This document shows, piece after piece, positions 1 to 9,775 of a DNA stretch of 64,000 nt. Location: sequence record NZ_CP104760.1. One strand, 5' to 3'. Made by a program: the position numbers and the translations under genes. The DNA is from a plasmid. Every line of letters begins with the position of its first letter. The stretch's first letter is position 1. The notes under the pieces are model-generated. The model ran no database searches, was not told where the DNA came from, and was given only the letters and a program-made list of their open reading frames with translations.

Positions 1-179
1 TTTTATCCCCTTTTAATCGGCGGGAAAATAGAGCGAATGCGGCGTGCATTAATTTCGCCAGCCGCGCCTGTTGATATTTCTCTTTAATAATGTCGATGGG
101 GCTGTTTAATTAATTGTCTCCAGGAATCTCCTGAAAATGCTTTTGCCTCTGCCTGGTTTGGACGCTATTTCCCACGCGA

Positions 180-539
180 TCACGCCTCTGCGGCAGGAAG
201 GCTCTCCGGTGAGGTGAAAATCTGCAGCCCCAGCGACTGGCCGAGGCGGACATCATTATCGGCGCCCTGCGACGCGCCAGGCATGCGCAGAATAGCGTCG
301 CAGCAGGCGATTAAGCGATGCGCGACCGGATAGAGAAAAGCCTCGCTGATCTCGTCGCCGATGCGCGTAGATCCGGCGGCGGCGGCCAGCGGCAGCGCCA
401 GCCACTCGCCGATAACAGGCGTATGGCCGCGTTGATAGATCGCCAGCGCCATACGGTTCATCTTCTCAAGGTTGGCGTGAATCAACGCCTGGTCGCCATT
501 CGTGCCGCTGCGAACCGGTCCTGCAATCAGAATCAGCAT
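180..539 (-). CDS. small hypothetical protein, possibly a nucleoside 2-deoxyribosyltransferase-like (DUF4406-like) fold; overlaps the nudK stop by 7 nt (translational coupling)
   Basis: 119-aa ORF beginning MLILIAGPVRSGTNGDQ...; a short Rossmann-like N-terminus reminiscent of DUF4406/NDT-like proteins (from memory only); its start overlaps the end of the upstream nudK gene on the same strand. Confidence 0.4.
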   Translation of the reverse strand: MLILIAGPVRSGTNGDQALIHANLEKMNRMALAIYQRGHTPVIGEWLALPLAAAAGSTRIGDEISEAFLYPVAHRLIACCDAILRMPGASQGADNDVRLGQSLGLQIFTSPESLPAAEA

Positions 540-1126
540 CGATTTTTCTCCTGAAAAATGTCGTTGAGCGCCAGGTACTGCAGCAAAATGATGGTTTTCG
601 CATCCTCAATCTCGCCGCTGCGTACCGCCTCCAGCGCGCGGCTGAAAGGCCATTCCAGCACGTCGATCTCTTCGCCTTCTTCCGCCAGTCCGCCGCCAGC
701 GCCGCGGCGATCGCTGTCGCTGTATTCGGCAATGAAAAAATAGAGTTTTTCCGTCACCGAGCCGGGGCTCATGTAGGCTTCCAGCACCTTTTCAATCTGC
801 GTGACCCGGAAGCCCGTCTCCTCTTCCGCTTCTGCCCTAATGCGCGCTTCTGGCGAAGCGTTATCAAGCAGACCCGCCGCCGCCTCGATCAAATAGCCGT
901 TGTGGCCGTTGATATAGACTGGCAGGCGAAACTGTCGGGTCAGCACCACGTGCTTTTTCGCGCGGTTGTAGAGCAGGATCACGGCGCCATTGCCGCGATC
1001 GTAGGCCTCGCGGCTCTGCTCCTGCCAGCTGCCATCGGCGCGCTGCTGTTCAAAGGTATATTTCTTTAGCGTGTACCAGTTATCGGATAACAGTTGCTCA
1101 CGCATATGGCGTATTTTCGGCTGCAT
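533..1126 (-). CDS. nudK: GDP-mannose pyrophosphatase NudK (Nudix hydrolase)
   Basis: 197 aa; near-collinear with E. coli NudK/YffH (YDRGNGAxILLYN...QFR...LxEAxAGLLDN...EETG...YMSPGxVTE...FFIAEYS); Nudix box present. Confidence 0.85.
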   Translation of the reverse strand: MQPKIRHMREQLLSDNWYTLKKYTFEQQRADGSWQEQSREAYDRGNGAVILLYNRAKKHVVLTRQFRLPVYINGHNGYLIEAAAGLLDNASPEARIRAEAEEETGFRVTQIEKVLEAYMSPGSVTEKLYFFIAEYSDSDRRGAGGGLAEEGEEIDVLEWPFSRALEAVRSGEIEDAKTIILLQYLALNDIFQEKNRC

Positions 1127-1206
1127 GTTTTCTCCTCAAGGTAGTGACAGAAAGCACGCTATCATGCACAATCGTGCAATATCAAGAAAAAACAAAGGTT
1201 ATAATT

Positions 1207-1956
1207 ATGCTGAGTTCACAGCGCAAACAGCAGATTCTGGCGATCCTTGCCGCAGAGAAACAGGTCATGTCCAGCGAGCTGAGCCAGCGATTTAACGTCT
1301 CAGAAGACTCTGTTCGGCGCGATCTGCGGGAGCTGGCGGCAGAAGGGTTGCTACAGCGCGTACACGGCGGCGCGTTGCCGGTTTCAGCCGCAGTCGCCCC
1401 GTTTGAAACACGCAAAAACGTGCAAACAGGCTCAAAAAGGCTCATCGCGCAAAAAGCGGTCGGGCTTATTCAGCCGGGGCAGGTCGTGATTATTGACGGT
1501 GGCACGACCACTGAGGCGATGGTGCGCCAGCTGCCACAGGATCTGGCGTTTACTGCCGTGACCCACAGCCCGAGCATCGCCGTGGCGCTGGTCGATTATC
1601 CTCAGGTCGAGGTGATTATGATTGGCGGCCTGCTCTATCGTCATTCCGTGGTCGCGGTCGGCGCATCGGTGCTGGAGTCCGTGGCGCGCATCAATGCCGA
1701 TCTCTTTTTTATGGGCGTGACGGGCGTACACAAAAGCGCGGGATTAACCACCGGCAACTACGAAGAGGCAGGGGTTAAACGGGCACTGGCGGCGCGCGCG
1801 TCGGAAACGGTGGTGATGGTTTCGCAGGAGAAGATGAATTCAGCCTCGGCATTTGCCATCGGCGATTTGACGCTGGCCAGCACGCTGGTGGTCGACGGCA
1901 AGCCGGATGCGGAGATGCGTGAACTGCTGGCACAAAAGCAGATTGCGGTTATCTGA
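1207..1956 (+). CDS. DeoR-family HTH transcriptional regulator
   Basis: N-terminal HTH (QRKQQILAIL...VMSSELSQRFNVSEDSVRRDLRELAAEGLLQRVHGGA) plus a C-terminal DeoR sugar-phosphate-binding domain; start moved to the ATG at 1207 (AAGG 8 nt upstream) rather than the ORF-track start at 1144. Confidence 0.8.
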   Translation: MLSSQRKQQILAILAAEKQVMSSELSQRFNVSEDSVRRDLRELAAEGLLQRVHGGALPVSAAVAPFETRKNVQTGSKRLIAQKAVGLIQPGQVVIIDGGTTTEAMVRQLPQDLAFTAVTHSPSIAVALVDYPQVEVIMIGGLLYRHSVVAVGASVLESVARINADLFFMGVTGVHKSAGLTTGNYEEAGVKRALAARASETVVMVSQEKMNSASAFAIGDLTLASTLVVDGKPDAEMRELLAQKQIAVI

Positions 1957-1994
1957 GCAGGCGGCGGGCGTCGCTCGTTGCGCCCGCCGCCTGC
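1957..1994. terminator. GC-rich hairpin (14-bp perfect arms GCAGGCGGCGGGCG/CGCCCGCCGCCTGC, 10-nt loop) between convergent genes; likely bidirectional terminator
   Basis: seen directly in the sequence immediately after the DeoR stop and before the 3' end of the minus-strand hydrolase gene. Confidence 0.5.
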
Positions 1995-2005
1995 TCTATG
2001 AAACG

Positions 2006-2758
2006 TTACTGTGACAGCTGCTGCGCCGCGCGTTCGATAACCGCGGCGATTTTCGCCGGCTGTGAGGCGTAAATCGCATGGCTGCCCTCCACCTCAGATG
2101 TCTCACTGTGGGCGCGCGTCGCCATAAAGCGCTCCAGTTGAGGATTGATGGAGCGGTCTTGAGTAGCAACGATGGCCCAGCTTGGCTTGACGCGCCAGGC
2201 GGGCTGCCCGGCGGCACTGTTAAACGCGGCGACCGCAGGCATCACCTGGGCGCGCGCCATCATTGCGGCCTGTTCGGCAGGGAGATCCGCGGCGAAATCG
2301 GCGCGGAATTTCTCAGGTTTGATAAAGAGAAAGTGATCCGGCGTTTCAGCGATCGCCTTGCCCGCGGGCGGGTACTTGCCCGCCAGGCTGAGCAGACTTT
2401 CGCCCTTGTCAGGCTGAAACGCCGCGACGTATACCAGACCGGCCACCGACGGGCTGTTTCCCGCATCGCTGATGATCATGCCGCCGTAGCTGTGTCCGAC
2501 CAGCAATGTTTTGCCACTCTGCTGAGCCAGCACGCGTCGGGTTGCGGCGACGTCATCGGCCAGTGAGGTTTGCGGCTCCTGCACGATAGCGACCTTATAG
2601 CCATCTTTATCCAGAATACGCGCCACCGGATCCCAGCCGGAACCGTCGGCGAAGGCGCCATGCACCAGCACTACATTTTTAACCGGCTCGGCCAGCGCGC
2701 TTTGCGCATAAGCAGAGACCGCCAGGCTGAACGCCAGCGCAGCAAAAGATTTTTTCAT
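2006..2758 (-). CDS. secreted alpha/beta-hydrolase fold protein
   Basis: 250 aa; signal peptide MKKSFAALAFSLAVSAYAQSALA; GHSYGG nucleophile elbow; HGAFADGSGWD. Confidence 0.7.
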   Translation of the reverse strand: MKKSFAALAFSLAVSAYAQSALAEPVKNVVLVHGAFADGSGWDPVARILDKDGYKVAIVQEPQTSLADDVAATRRVLAQQSGKTLLVGHSYGGMIISDAGNSPSVAGLVYVAAFQPDKGESLLSLAGKYPPAGKAIAETPDHFLFIKPEKFRADFAADLPAEQAAMMARAQVMPAVAAFNSAAGQPAWRVKPSWAIVATQDRSINPQLERFMATRAHSETSEVEGSHAIYASQPAKIAAVIERAAQQLSQ

Positions 2759-2833
2759 TATTCTCTTCTCTCATCAGGTCTGGAAACGGCCGTCGCACGC
2801 TTTCGCTCAGCCGGGACAGTGAATTAGTCGATT

Positions 2834-2855
2834 CTGCGGCGGCGCGCCGCCGCAG
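2834..2855. terminator. 22-bp perfect GC palindrome CTGCGGCGGCGCGCCGCCGCAG just downstream of the DJ-1 gene stop; hairpin/terminator-like
   Basis: seen directly; no clear U-tract, so intrinsic termination is uncertain. Confidence 0.35.
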
Positions 2856-2864
2856 GCTAAGCGA

Positions 2865-3545
2865 TTATTTAGCTAACGTTTTCAGCAGCTGCGCCGCCGC
2901 TGCCGCCGAAGAGCCCGGGTTCTGGCCGGTGATCAGCAGGCCATCCTGAACGACATACGACCCCCAGTCTTCGCCTTTAGAATAGAGGCCCCCTTTGGCG
3001 ATCAGCTCGTCTTCCACCAGGAAAGGCACGATGTTCGTCAGGCCAACGCCCTCCTCTTCGCTGTTGGCGAAGCCGGTGACTTTTTTGCCCTCGACCAGCG
3101 GACGGCCCGCTGAGGTTTTCACATGGCGCAGTACGCCTGGCGCATGACAGACCAGCGCAACGGGTTTGCCTGCTTCGATAAAGCGTTCAATCAGGGCGAT
3201 TGAGTGACTGTCTTCCGCCAGGTCCCATAACGGGCCGTGACCGCCCGGATAGAACACCGTGTCGAAATCAGCGGCGGAAACGCTATCCAGGCGCACCGTC
3301 GACGCCAGCTGCGCGTTGGCTTCCGCGTCCGCTTCAAAGCGATGCGTCAGCTCTGTCTGGAAATCGGGCTCATTGCTTTTTGGATCCAGCGGCGGGTTGC
3401 CGCCTTTCGGCGAGGCCAGGGTAATATCGGCGCCAGCATCTTTGAAGGCGTAGTAAGGCGCGGCCAGCTCTTCCAGCCAGAAGCCGGTTTTACGTCCGGT
3501 ATCGCCCAGCCGATCGTGTGAGGTCAAAACCATAAGTACTTTCAT
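2865..3545 (-). CDS. DJ-1/PfpI (ThiJ) family class-I glutamine amidotransferase-like protein
   Basis: 226 aa; VALVCHAPGVL nucleophile-elbow Cys motif; DJ-1/PfpI-family fold. Confidence 0.8.
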   Translation of the reverse strand: MKVLMVLTSHDRLGDTGRKTGFWLEELAAPYYAFKDAGADITLASPKGGNPPLDPKSNEPDFQTELTHRFEADAEANAQLASTVRLDSVSAADFDTVFYPGGHGPLWDLAEDSHSIALIERFIEAGKPVALVCHAPGVLRHVKTSAGRPLVEGKKVTGFANSEEEGVGLTNIVPFLVEDELIAKGGLYSKGEDWGSYVVQDGLLITGQNPGSSAAAAAQLLKTLAK

Positions 3546-3582
3546 ATCCGTTCTCCGCGTTGTGAATGTGACATTTAAATAG

Positions 3583-3597
3583 TAGACCAGTCGTCTA
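3583..3597. promoter_or_regulatory. operator-like inverted repeat TAGACCAGTCGTCTA (arms TAGAC/GTCTA) in the TetR-stop to DJ-1-start intergenic region
   Basis: near-identical second copy at 4272-4286 upstream of the TetR gene; typical TetR-family operator layout. Confidence 0.45.
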
Positions 3598-3645
3598 GAT
3601 TTTGCTGATAAAAAAAAGCCGTCTCCGACCTGTTGTGCTGCCTCC

Positions 3646-4251
3646 TCAGGAGGCAGCGTTAAGACTTTGCTGCGTCAGCACCATGGCTGACTCAAAGGGC
3701 TGCTTGTTGCGAACAATCTTGACCATCACGCTGGCACCCAGCCAGAGCTGATAAAGACTTTCCGCCACAACGTCTGGCTTCTGTTCGATATGGAGCGAAC
3801 CTTCCGCTACACCCGCCTCAATGGCGTCAGTCAGACGTGCTACGATCCCGGCTGTTCCCTTTTGCAGGGTCTGCCGCATCGCCTCAGAGAGATCGGCGAC
3901 TTCAGCGCCCAGCTTGACGGCCAGACATTTGCCCTGGCAGTCCTGAAAAGATTGCGTATCCTGCCACTGTTGCCAGTAATGCATAAGCCTTTGCTGCATC
4001 GTGCAGTTGGGCTGGCCCAGCGTCTTATCCATACTGGCGAGATACTCTTCAAAATAGCTTTCCAGCATGGCGACGCCAAAAGCGTCTTTCGAACCAAAGT
4101 AGTGATAGAAAGAGCCTTTCGGCACGCCTGCTTCGGTCAGGATCTCGTTGAGACCGACAGCCGAGTATCCTTTGCTGGCCATAATGCGTTGGCCTGTCGC
4201 AAGAATATGTTCGCGGATGTCTTCTCTGTGTTTGTGAGCGACTGTGTTCAT
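3646..4251 (-). CDS. TetR/AcrR-family transcriptional regulator
   Basis: 201 aa; N-terminal TetR HTH (GYSAVGLNEILTEAGVPKGSFYHYFGSKDAF). Confidence 0.85.
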   Translation of the reverse strand: MNTVAHKHREDIREHILATGQRIMASKGYSAVGLNEILTEAGVPKGSFYHYFGSKDAFGVAMLESYFEEYLASMDKTLGQPNCTMQQRLMHYWQQWQDTQSFQDCQGKCLAVKLGAEVADLSEAMRQTLQKGTAGIVARLTDAIEAGVAEGSLHIEQKPDVVAESLYQLWLGASVMVKIVRNKQPFESAMVLTQQSLNAAS

Positions 4252-4271
4252 GGGATAAAGATAGCCTTTAT

Positions 4272-4286
4272 TAGACCGGTCGTCTA
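4272..4286. promoter_or_regulatory. second copy of the operator-like motif TAGACCGGTCGTCTA, about 20 nt upstream of the TetR start (autoregulation site candidate)
   Basis: seen directly; differs at 1 nt from the copy at 3583-3597. Confidence 0.45.
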
Positions 4287-4366
4287 GAGGTAATGGTGAT
4301 TTTTTTGCGTCTACTCTACCACGTATCGCGGTAAAGCGTTAAACGTCTTTTTAATCAAGGATATAG

Positions 4367-5188
4367 GTGATGAAAAGAAAAGTGGCCTGTACGATTTTTC
4401 AGGGCGTCGCTGGCGACCACAACGATCTGGCGATACCGGGCGCAAAAGCTCTCGGCGAACAACTGGCGCAACGCAGCGGCGCTACGCCGGTGGTTATCGG
4501 CTCCCCCGCGGCGGCGACCAAAGCGGACTGGCGTGAAGCGCTGACGGCAGCGCTGCCCGATTTGCAGGCGATGCGCGCCCGCTTTGAACAGATTTTCAGC
4601 GCCGGGGCGATCTCCGTGGCCGCCACCAGCCGCTGCGCCGTCTCGCTGGCGACCCTGCCCGCGCTGGCGAAATATCATCCTGACGCCTGTGTGTTGTGGT
4701 TTGACGCCCATGGCGATCTCAATACGCCTGAATCGTCCACCTCAGGGTTTCTGGGCGGCCTGGCACTCTCGGGGCCCGCCGGGCTGTGGCTTTCCGGGCT
4801 GGGAAGCGGGCTGCGTCTCGATCAGCTGGTGCTGGTCGGCCAGCGCGATCTCGACCCCTTTGAAAAGGATCTGATCGCACAGCATAACATCCCGCTGATT
4901 GCGCCCGGACCCGATGTTGCGGAACGCCTGCGAAAAGCGGTGGCTGGTCGGCCGGTTTATCTGCATCTGGACTGCGACGTGCTGGAACCGGGTATCGTCC
5001 CGACGGACTACCGCTCAGAAGGCGGCCTGACGCTGGCGGATCTCTCCGCCTGCTGTGACGCGCTCGCAGAGAGTCCCTTTTCAGGCATTGAGATTGCGGA
5101 GTTCCAGCACGCCTGGCGGTCGGGCGGCGCGCCGGTGTCGCCCGAACCGCTCCTTGAGGCGCTGACGCCCTTGTGGAGAAGGCTTTAA
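4367..5188 (+). CDS. arginase/agmatinase/formiminoglutamase-family ureohydrolase
   Basis: 273 aa; metal-binding motifs [12 protein letters not shown] and [10 protein letters not shown] typical of the arginase family; AAGGA RBS. Confidence 0.75.
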   Translation: MMKRKVACTIFQGVAGDHNDLAIPGAKALGEQLAQRSGATPVVIGSPAAATKADWREALTAALPDLQAMRARFEQIFSAGAISVAATSRCAVSLATLPALAKYHPDACVLWFDAHGDLNTPESSTSGFLGGLALSGPAGLWLSGLGSGLRLDQLVLVGQRDLDPFEKDLIAQHNIPLIAPGPDVAERLRKAVAGRPVYLHLDCDVLEPGIVPTDYRSEGGLTLADLSACCDALAESPFSGIEIAEFQHAWRSGGAPVSPEPLLEALTPLWRRL

Positions 5189-6060
5189 CGTCCTTTCTTT
5201 TTGCGTCCTGGCTGGGTAAAGCGTTTGCGGTTGCCTGCGCGCTCATCGCTCTTTTCGCTTTTCTTCGGCGCGCTGCTGATTACCGGCTTTTTCACCGCGC
5301 TGCTTTTGGCCGGCGTTTTTTTCTTCGCGGGTTTATCCTCGGAGGAGGAGTTTTCGACCAGCTTAAACAGCTCAGCCAGTTCGTCGTCGGTAAGATCGCG
5401 CCATTCGCCCAGCGGGATACCTTTGAGGTTAACGTTCATGATGCGCGTGCGCTCCAGCTTCGTCACCTCAAAGCCGAAGTGCTTGCACATGCGGCGAATC
5501 TGGCGGTTCAGGCCCTGCACCAGCGTAATGCGAAACACGAAAGCGGACTCTTTGACCACCTTGCATTTTTTAGTCACGGTGCCGAGCATCGGCACGCCTG
5601 CGCCCATGCCGACGATAAACTCGTCGGTGATCGGCTTATCCACGGTCACCACATACTCTTTCTCATGGTTATTGCCCGCACGCAGGATCTTGTTGACCAG
5701 ATCGCCGTTGTTAGTCAGGAAGATCAGCCCCTGGGAATCTTTGTCCAGGCGGCCAATAGGGAAGATGCGTTCGCTGTGGTTGACGAAGTCGCGGATATTG
5801 TCGCGCTCGCCCTCTTCCATCGTTGTGATAATGCCGACCGGCTTGTTCAGCGCAATCAGCACCAGATTCTCTTCGCTGCGCGGCTCGATCAGTTGGCCGT
5901 TTACCTTGACGCTGTCACCCGGAAAGACCTGCGCGCCGACAGCGGCACGTTTGCCGTTGATAAACACGTTGCCCTGTTCGATATAGCGATCGGCGTCGCG
6001 GCGTGAACAGATACCGCTTTCGCTGATGTATTTGTTCAGGCGTGTGGATGAGTTAAGCAA
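5185..6060 (-). CDS. rluF: 23S rRNA pseudouridine synthase RluF
   Basis: collinear with E. coli RluF ([33 protein letters not shown]...[21 protein letters not shown]); S4 domain plus RsuA-type catalytic domain; start set to the TTG at 6060 (GGAGG 6 nt upstream), which matches the E. coli N-terminus, rather than the upstream ATG at 6120. Confidence 0.85.
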   Translation of the reverse strand: MLNSSTRLNKYISESGICSRRDADRYIEQGNVFINGKRAAVGAQVFPGDSVKVNGQLIEPRSEENLVLIALNKPVGIITTMEEGERDNIRDFVNHSERIFPIGRLDKDSQGLIFLTNNGDLVNKILRAGNNHEKEYVVTVDKPITDEFIVGMGAGVPMLGTVTKKCKVVKESAFVFRITLVQGLNRQIRRMCKHFGFEVTKLERTRIMNVNLKGIPLGEWRDLTDDELAELFKLVENSSSEDKPAKKKTPAKSSAVKKPVISSAPKKSEKSDERAGNRKRFTQPGRKKKGR

Positions 6061-6370
6061 GGGAAACCTCCAAAAAGCGCGGACTATACAATAATCTTGC
6101 GGGTAAATCCTGCGCTTCATGCAGGTTAGCCCGTTCTTCTCAACCTGCCCCGTTTATCACGACGGCGGAGTGCGCTTATGTAGCATATTCCCGCTTTCTT
6201 TTCTCCTGTTCCTGATGTCAGGCTTGCCAGCGCCATCACAATTTCCAATGACCCGCCGCCTTGTAAGTTTTACAGCCGCATGACAACATCCGTACATGTA
6301 TATACATCTTGCATCACAACGGTTAACAAAGGGCAGATAATAACTAACAACCCAGCTTAGCGAGGAAACT

Positions 6371-7810
6371 ATGTCAGCGGAACTTCCTGCAACAGAGCGT
6401 TCGGACAGCGAGAGCAAGCGGCTTTCTGAAACCCGATCGATTGATTTTATTCCCCACCGCGAACGCCACGGACATCCGTTCAGTCAGTTCACGCTATGGT
6501 TTGGCGGCAACCTGCAAATTACGGCTATTGTGACCGGCGCGCTCGCCGTGGTGCTGGGCGGCGATGTGATCTGGTCGCTGATCGGCCTGCTTGTCGGCCA
6601 GATTATCGGCGCGGCGGTAATGGCGCTGCACGCCGTACAGGGGCCGCGTCTGGGCCTGCCGCAGATGATCACCAGCCGTATCCAGTTTGGCGTGTTCGGC
6701 GCGGTGATCCCGCTGGTGCTGGTGTGCATTATGTATATCGGCTTCTCCGCCAGCGGCACGGTGCTCGCCGGCCAGGCGATGGCGAAGCTGCTGCATATCA
6801 ATAATGCCGCCGGTATGATCCTGTTCAGCCTGATTATTGTGGTGATTGCGGTACTGGGCTACCGGGTGATCCATAAGCTGGGTAAAGTCGCGAGCGTTAT
6901 TGGCGTACTCGCTTTCCTTTATCTGTTTATCACGCTGCTGTCGACGCACGACCTGACGCAGGTCTGGCAGAACCGCCACTTCGCCTTCTCCACCTTTTTA
7001 CTCGCCGTCTCCCTCTCGTCCTCATGGCAGATCGCATTTTGTCCCTACGTCTCTGACTATTCGCGCTATCTGCCGGAAGATGTGTCCGCCAGGCGCTTGT
7101 TCGGCTCCGTGTTTTTCGGCACCGTGCTGGGCACGCAGGCCTCAATGACGCTCGGCGTTATCGTCGCGGCCATCGCGGGCAGCGCGTTTTCCGGCAATGA
7201 GGTCGGCTATATCGTTGGATTAGGCAGCAGCGCCACTATGGCGATGGTGATCTATTTCGCTATCTGCTTCGGCAAGATTACCTTTACCACGCTGAATGCC
7301 TACGGCAGCTTTATGTCGCTGACCACGATTGTTTCCGGCTTCAGTCGCCAGACCTCTCTGAGCCAGCGCGGACGGATTAGCTTTGTGGTGCTGATGGTGG
7401 CGATCGCCTGCGTTATCGCGCTGGTCAGCGAGCCCGCTTTCCTCAAGTCCTTTACCCATTTCCTGCTGTTCCTGCTGGCGTTTTTCGTACCCTGGAGCGC
7501 CATCAGCCTGACCGATTTTTACCTGATCACCAAAGGCCATATTGATATCCCCGCGCTGTCGCAGCCTGACGGACGGTATGGCCGCTGGAACTGGCCGGGT
7601 ATTGCGACCTACTTTATCGGCGTCCTGATCCAGCTGCCGTTTATCGACAACCCGCTGCACCATGGCTCGCTGACCTGGATTTTCGCCGGGAATGATGTCT
7701 CCTGGATCATCGGCTGGTTCGCTACGGCGCTGCTGTGGCTGGGCATGAGGCGTTTCGACCGTCGCGGCGTATTAACAGAAACGGTTTATCCGACGCGGAC
7801 AAGCCTCTAG
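6371..7810 (+). CDS. NCS1-family (purine-cytosine/allantoin/thiamine-type) nucleobase:cation symporter
   Basis: 479 aa multi-TM protein; N-terminal PHRERHGHPFSQFTLWFGGNLQITAIVTGA motif typical of CodB/NCS1 permeases. Confidence 0.75.
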   Translation: MSAELPATERSDSESKRLSETRSIDFIPHRERHGHPFSQFTLWFGGNLQITAIVTGALAVVLGGDVIWSLIGLLVGQIIGAAVMALHAVQGPRLGLPQMITSRIQFGVFGAVIPLVLVCIMYIGFSASGTVLAGQAMAKLLHINNAAGMILFSLIIVVIAVLGYRVIHKLGKVASVIGVLAFLYLFITLLSTHDLTQVWQNRHFAFSTFLLAVSLSSSWQIAFCPYVSDYSRYLPEDVSARRLFGSVFFGTVLGTQASMTLGVIVAAIAGSAFSGNEVGYIVGLGSSATMAMVIYFAICFGKITFTTLNAYGSFMSLTTIVSGFSRQTSLSQRGRISFVVLMVAIACVIALVSEPAFLKSFTHFLLFLLAFFVPWSAISLTDFYLITKGHIDIPALSQPDGRYGRWNWPGIATYFIGVLIQLPFIDNPLHHGSLTWIFAGNDVSWIIGWFATALLWLGMRRFDRRGVLTETVYPTRTSL

Positions 7811-8340
7811 CGACCAGCGATCGTTTTATTCTTTTCTGCTTTAGTGAAAGAACCAGGCCCCATCGGGCCTGGTTTTAATTATTCGGCGCAGGCGCCAAAC
7901 CGGAGGCATAAGATGGCAGGCTGGCATAGTGTAAACCAGCAAATTTCTGAATCTGCCTGTTCCGCTCCCTAAATATATCCTCATCTGGATCTGCTTGTTA
8001 ATCAGCTGTTGCCCTGGCGGCGTTGTTTTCCCTTTATACGTCCCTTTAATAAGGGAAGGTGCAATTAATTAACTTCATCATTACTTCCTTTCTAATGCGG
8101 GAGTGGATTATGGCCTGCACTGGGTATCCCGACCGTTTTCAAATGTTATCATGCCTTGAAACCTGAATTACCTTAACGATTAACGTCATATCGTTATAAA
8201 AACGTTGCGAAACATGTTTTTAGCCTTTTGTGTTTCGCAGCATATTCAGGTTTAACGCGAGGTCATAATATTAAGTTTTTAAATCGATATTATTTTCATG
8301 ACCCTTTCGTACGGGAATCTTTAATAAAGAAAGGAATACT

Positions 8341-9033
8341 ATGCGCAAGATTATTTTATCCTCTGTTATTTCTGTAGCGTTGGGAACGGCGAGTTTTGCA
8401 GGTTTTGCTGCGACCACTGCCACGCTGGCTGTAAAAGGTTCCATAGAACCGACATCCTGCGATATTTCGCTGAGCACTGCATCCATTGACTTTTCTACTA
8501 TCTCTGCTGCAAGCCTGACGGACCCTGTTAATTCAAGAATGGGCGCTCCATTTACCCTGAATCTGACCTGCAGTGGGGCCACTGCCGTCGCGGTTCAGAC
8601 GACTGACAACCGTGCTGCCAGCGCAATGACCACAGCGGAAGTTCTGAGCGATATGGGCGTAAACATGGGCACCACAGTGGCTAATGCATCGCTTTTTGGC
8701 ATTGGCACCCACAACACAGATAAAAAAGTCGGCTTTCTGCAGTTGAGCATGAGTGAGGCGAATCTGAATGGCACCGCCAGCAGCAATCTGCTCACAAGCA
8801 GTGATAAACGAACCTGGAATAGTAAGACAGTTTCATCAAGCAAGCGATTTTCTTTAGAGAAGGACGGTTATTTTTCCCTCGCGAGCAGCGCCAGTTCCAG
8901 TACGCCGGCAGCGGCTACCAGCGCCAGCTATACCCTTACGCCTGCAATTGTTCTGAAGCACGGCGATCATTATCCAGGAGGCGAAGCGGTCAATATTGAC
9001 GGCAACGTGACATTCTCAGTGGTCTATATCTGA
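8341..9033 (+). CDS. secreted fimbria-associated protein (DUF1120-like pilin/adhesin); first gene of a chaperone-usher operon
   Basis: 230 aa; signal peptide; Cys pair; immediately followed by the chaperone and usher genes. Confidence 0.5.
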   Translation: MRKIILSSVISVALGTASFAGFAATTATLAVKGSIEPTSCDISLSTASIDFSTISAASLTDPVNSRMGAPFTLNLTCSGATAVAVQTTDNRAASAMTTAEVLSDMGVNMGTTVANASLFGIGTHNTDKKVGFLQLSMSEANLNGTASSNLLTSSDKRTWNSKTVSSSKRFSLEKDGYFSLASSASSSTPAAATSASYTLTPAIVLKHGDHYPGGEAVNIDGNVTFSVVYI

Positions 9034-9094
9034 TTTTTACTTTTTTGCGAAGGCATATTGCCTTCGCTTATTTTTTTCAAATGATACTAATCCT

Positions 9095-9775
9095 ATGTTA
9101 CTTAAAAACAGCCTTATTATTGCTCTTCTCTTTTTATCCGCTTCCAGCGCTATTGCGGCGGGTATGAAACCTCAGGTTCCGGTGTTATTTATTGACGATG
9201 AAAATCGTGAGGCGACCATTACTGTAGAGAATACAGACAGCAGCCCAGCCTTACTGCACAGCAGCCTGCAAACTATTCCGGAAGATCGCGAAAACAAATT
9301 AATTCTCACGCCGCAGCTTGCACGGGTTGAGGCCGGCGATAAGCAGCAGGTACGGGTGGTTTTAAAGGAGGGCATCACGCTGACCACTCAAACCATGCAG
9401 CGCATTAATTTCACCCCTGTGCCCACTGACGACGGCAAGAAAAACCGTGCGCGCGTGACTATCGGCCAGAATATTCCCGTTATTCTCTCTCCGGCGAGCC
9501 TGCCGCTGAATACCACGCCGTGGCAAGGGCTAACAGCCCAGCGTGCCGGCACGTCCCTCTTTATTAACAATCCAACGCCCTATATCGTCCGGCTGACGAC
9601 GCAGATCGATCTGCTGCCAGGCAAAACCAGGGTGGAATTGCCGAAAACCTATATTTTGCCACACGAATCGATCACGCTTGCGCTGCCCCAAGGTGCCAGT
9701 CACGCGCAAAGCCTCCGGTTGCATCCCGTTACCCGGTTCGGCATTCTGACGGCGCCTTATGAGCTAAGGCTGTGA
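9095..9775 (+). CDS. periplasmic fimbrial chaperone (PapD-like)
   Basis: 226 aa; signal peptide; PapD-like two-domain pattern; stop overlaps the usher start. Confidence 0.8.
   Translation: MLLKNSLIIALLFLSASSAIAAGMKPQVPVLFIDDENREATITVENTDSSPALLHSSLQTIPEDRENKLILTPQLARVEAGDKQQVRVVLKEGITLTTQTMQRINFTPVPTDDGKKNRARVTIGQNIPVILSPASLPLNTTPWQGLTAQRAGTSLFINNPTPYIVRLTTQIDLLPGKTRVELPKTYILPHESITLALPQGASHAQSLRLHPVTRFGILTAPYELRL

Noticed and set aside
5173-6006. 277-aa plus-strand ORF overlapping rluF
   Set aside because: It is antisense to a gene with strong RluF homology and has no independent support.
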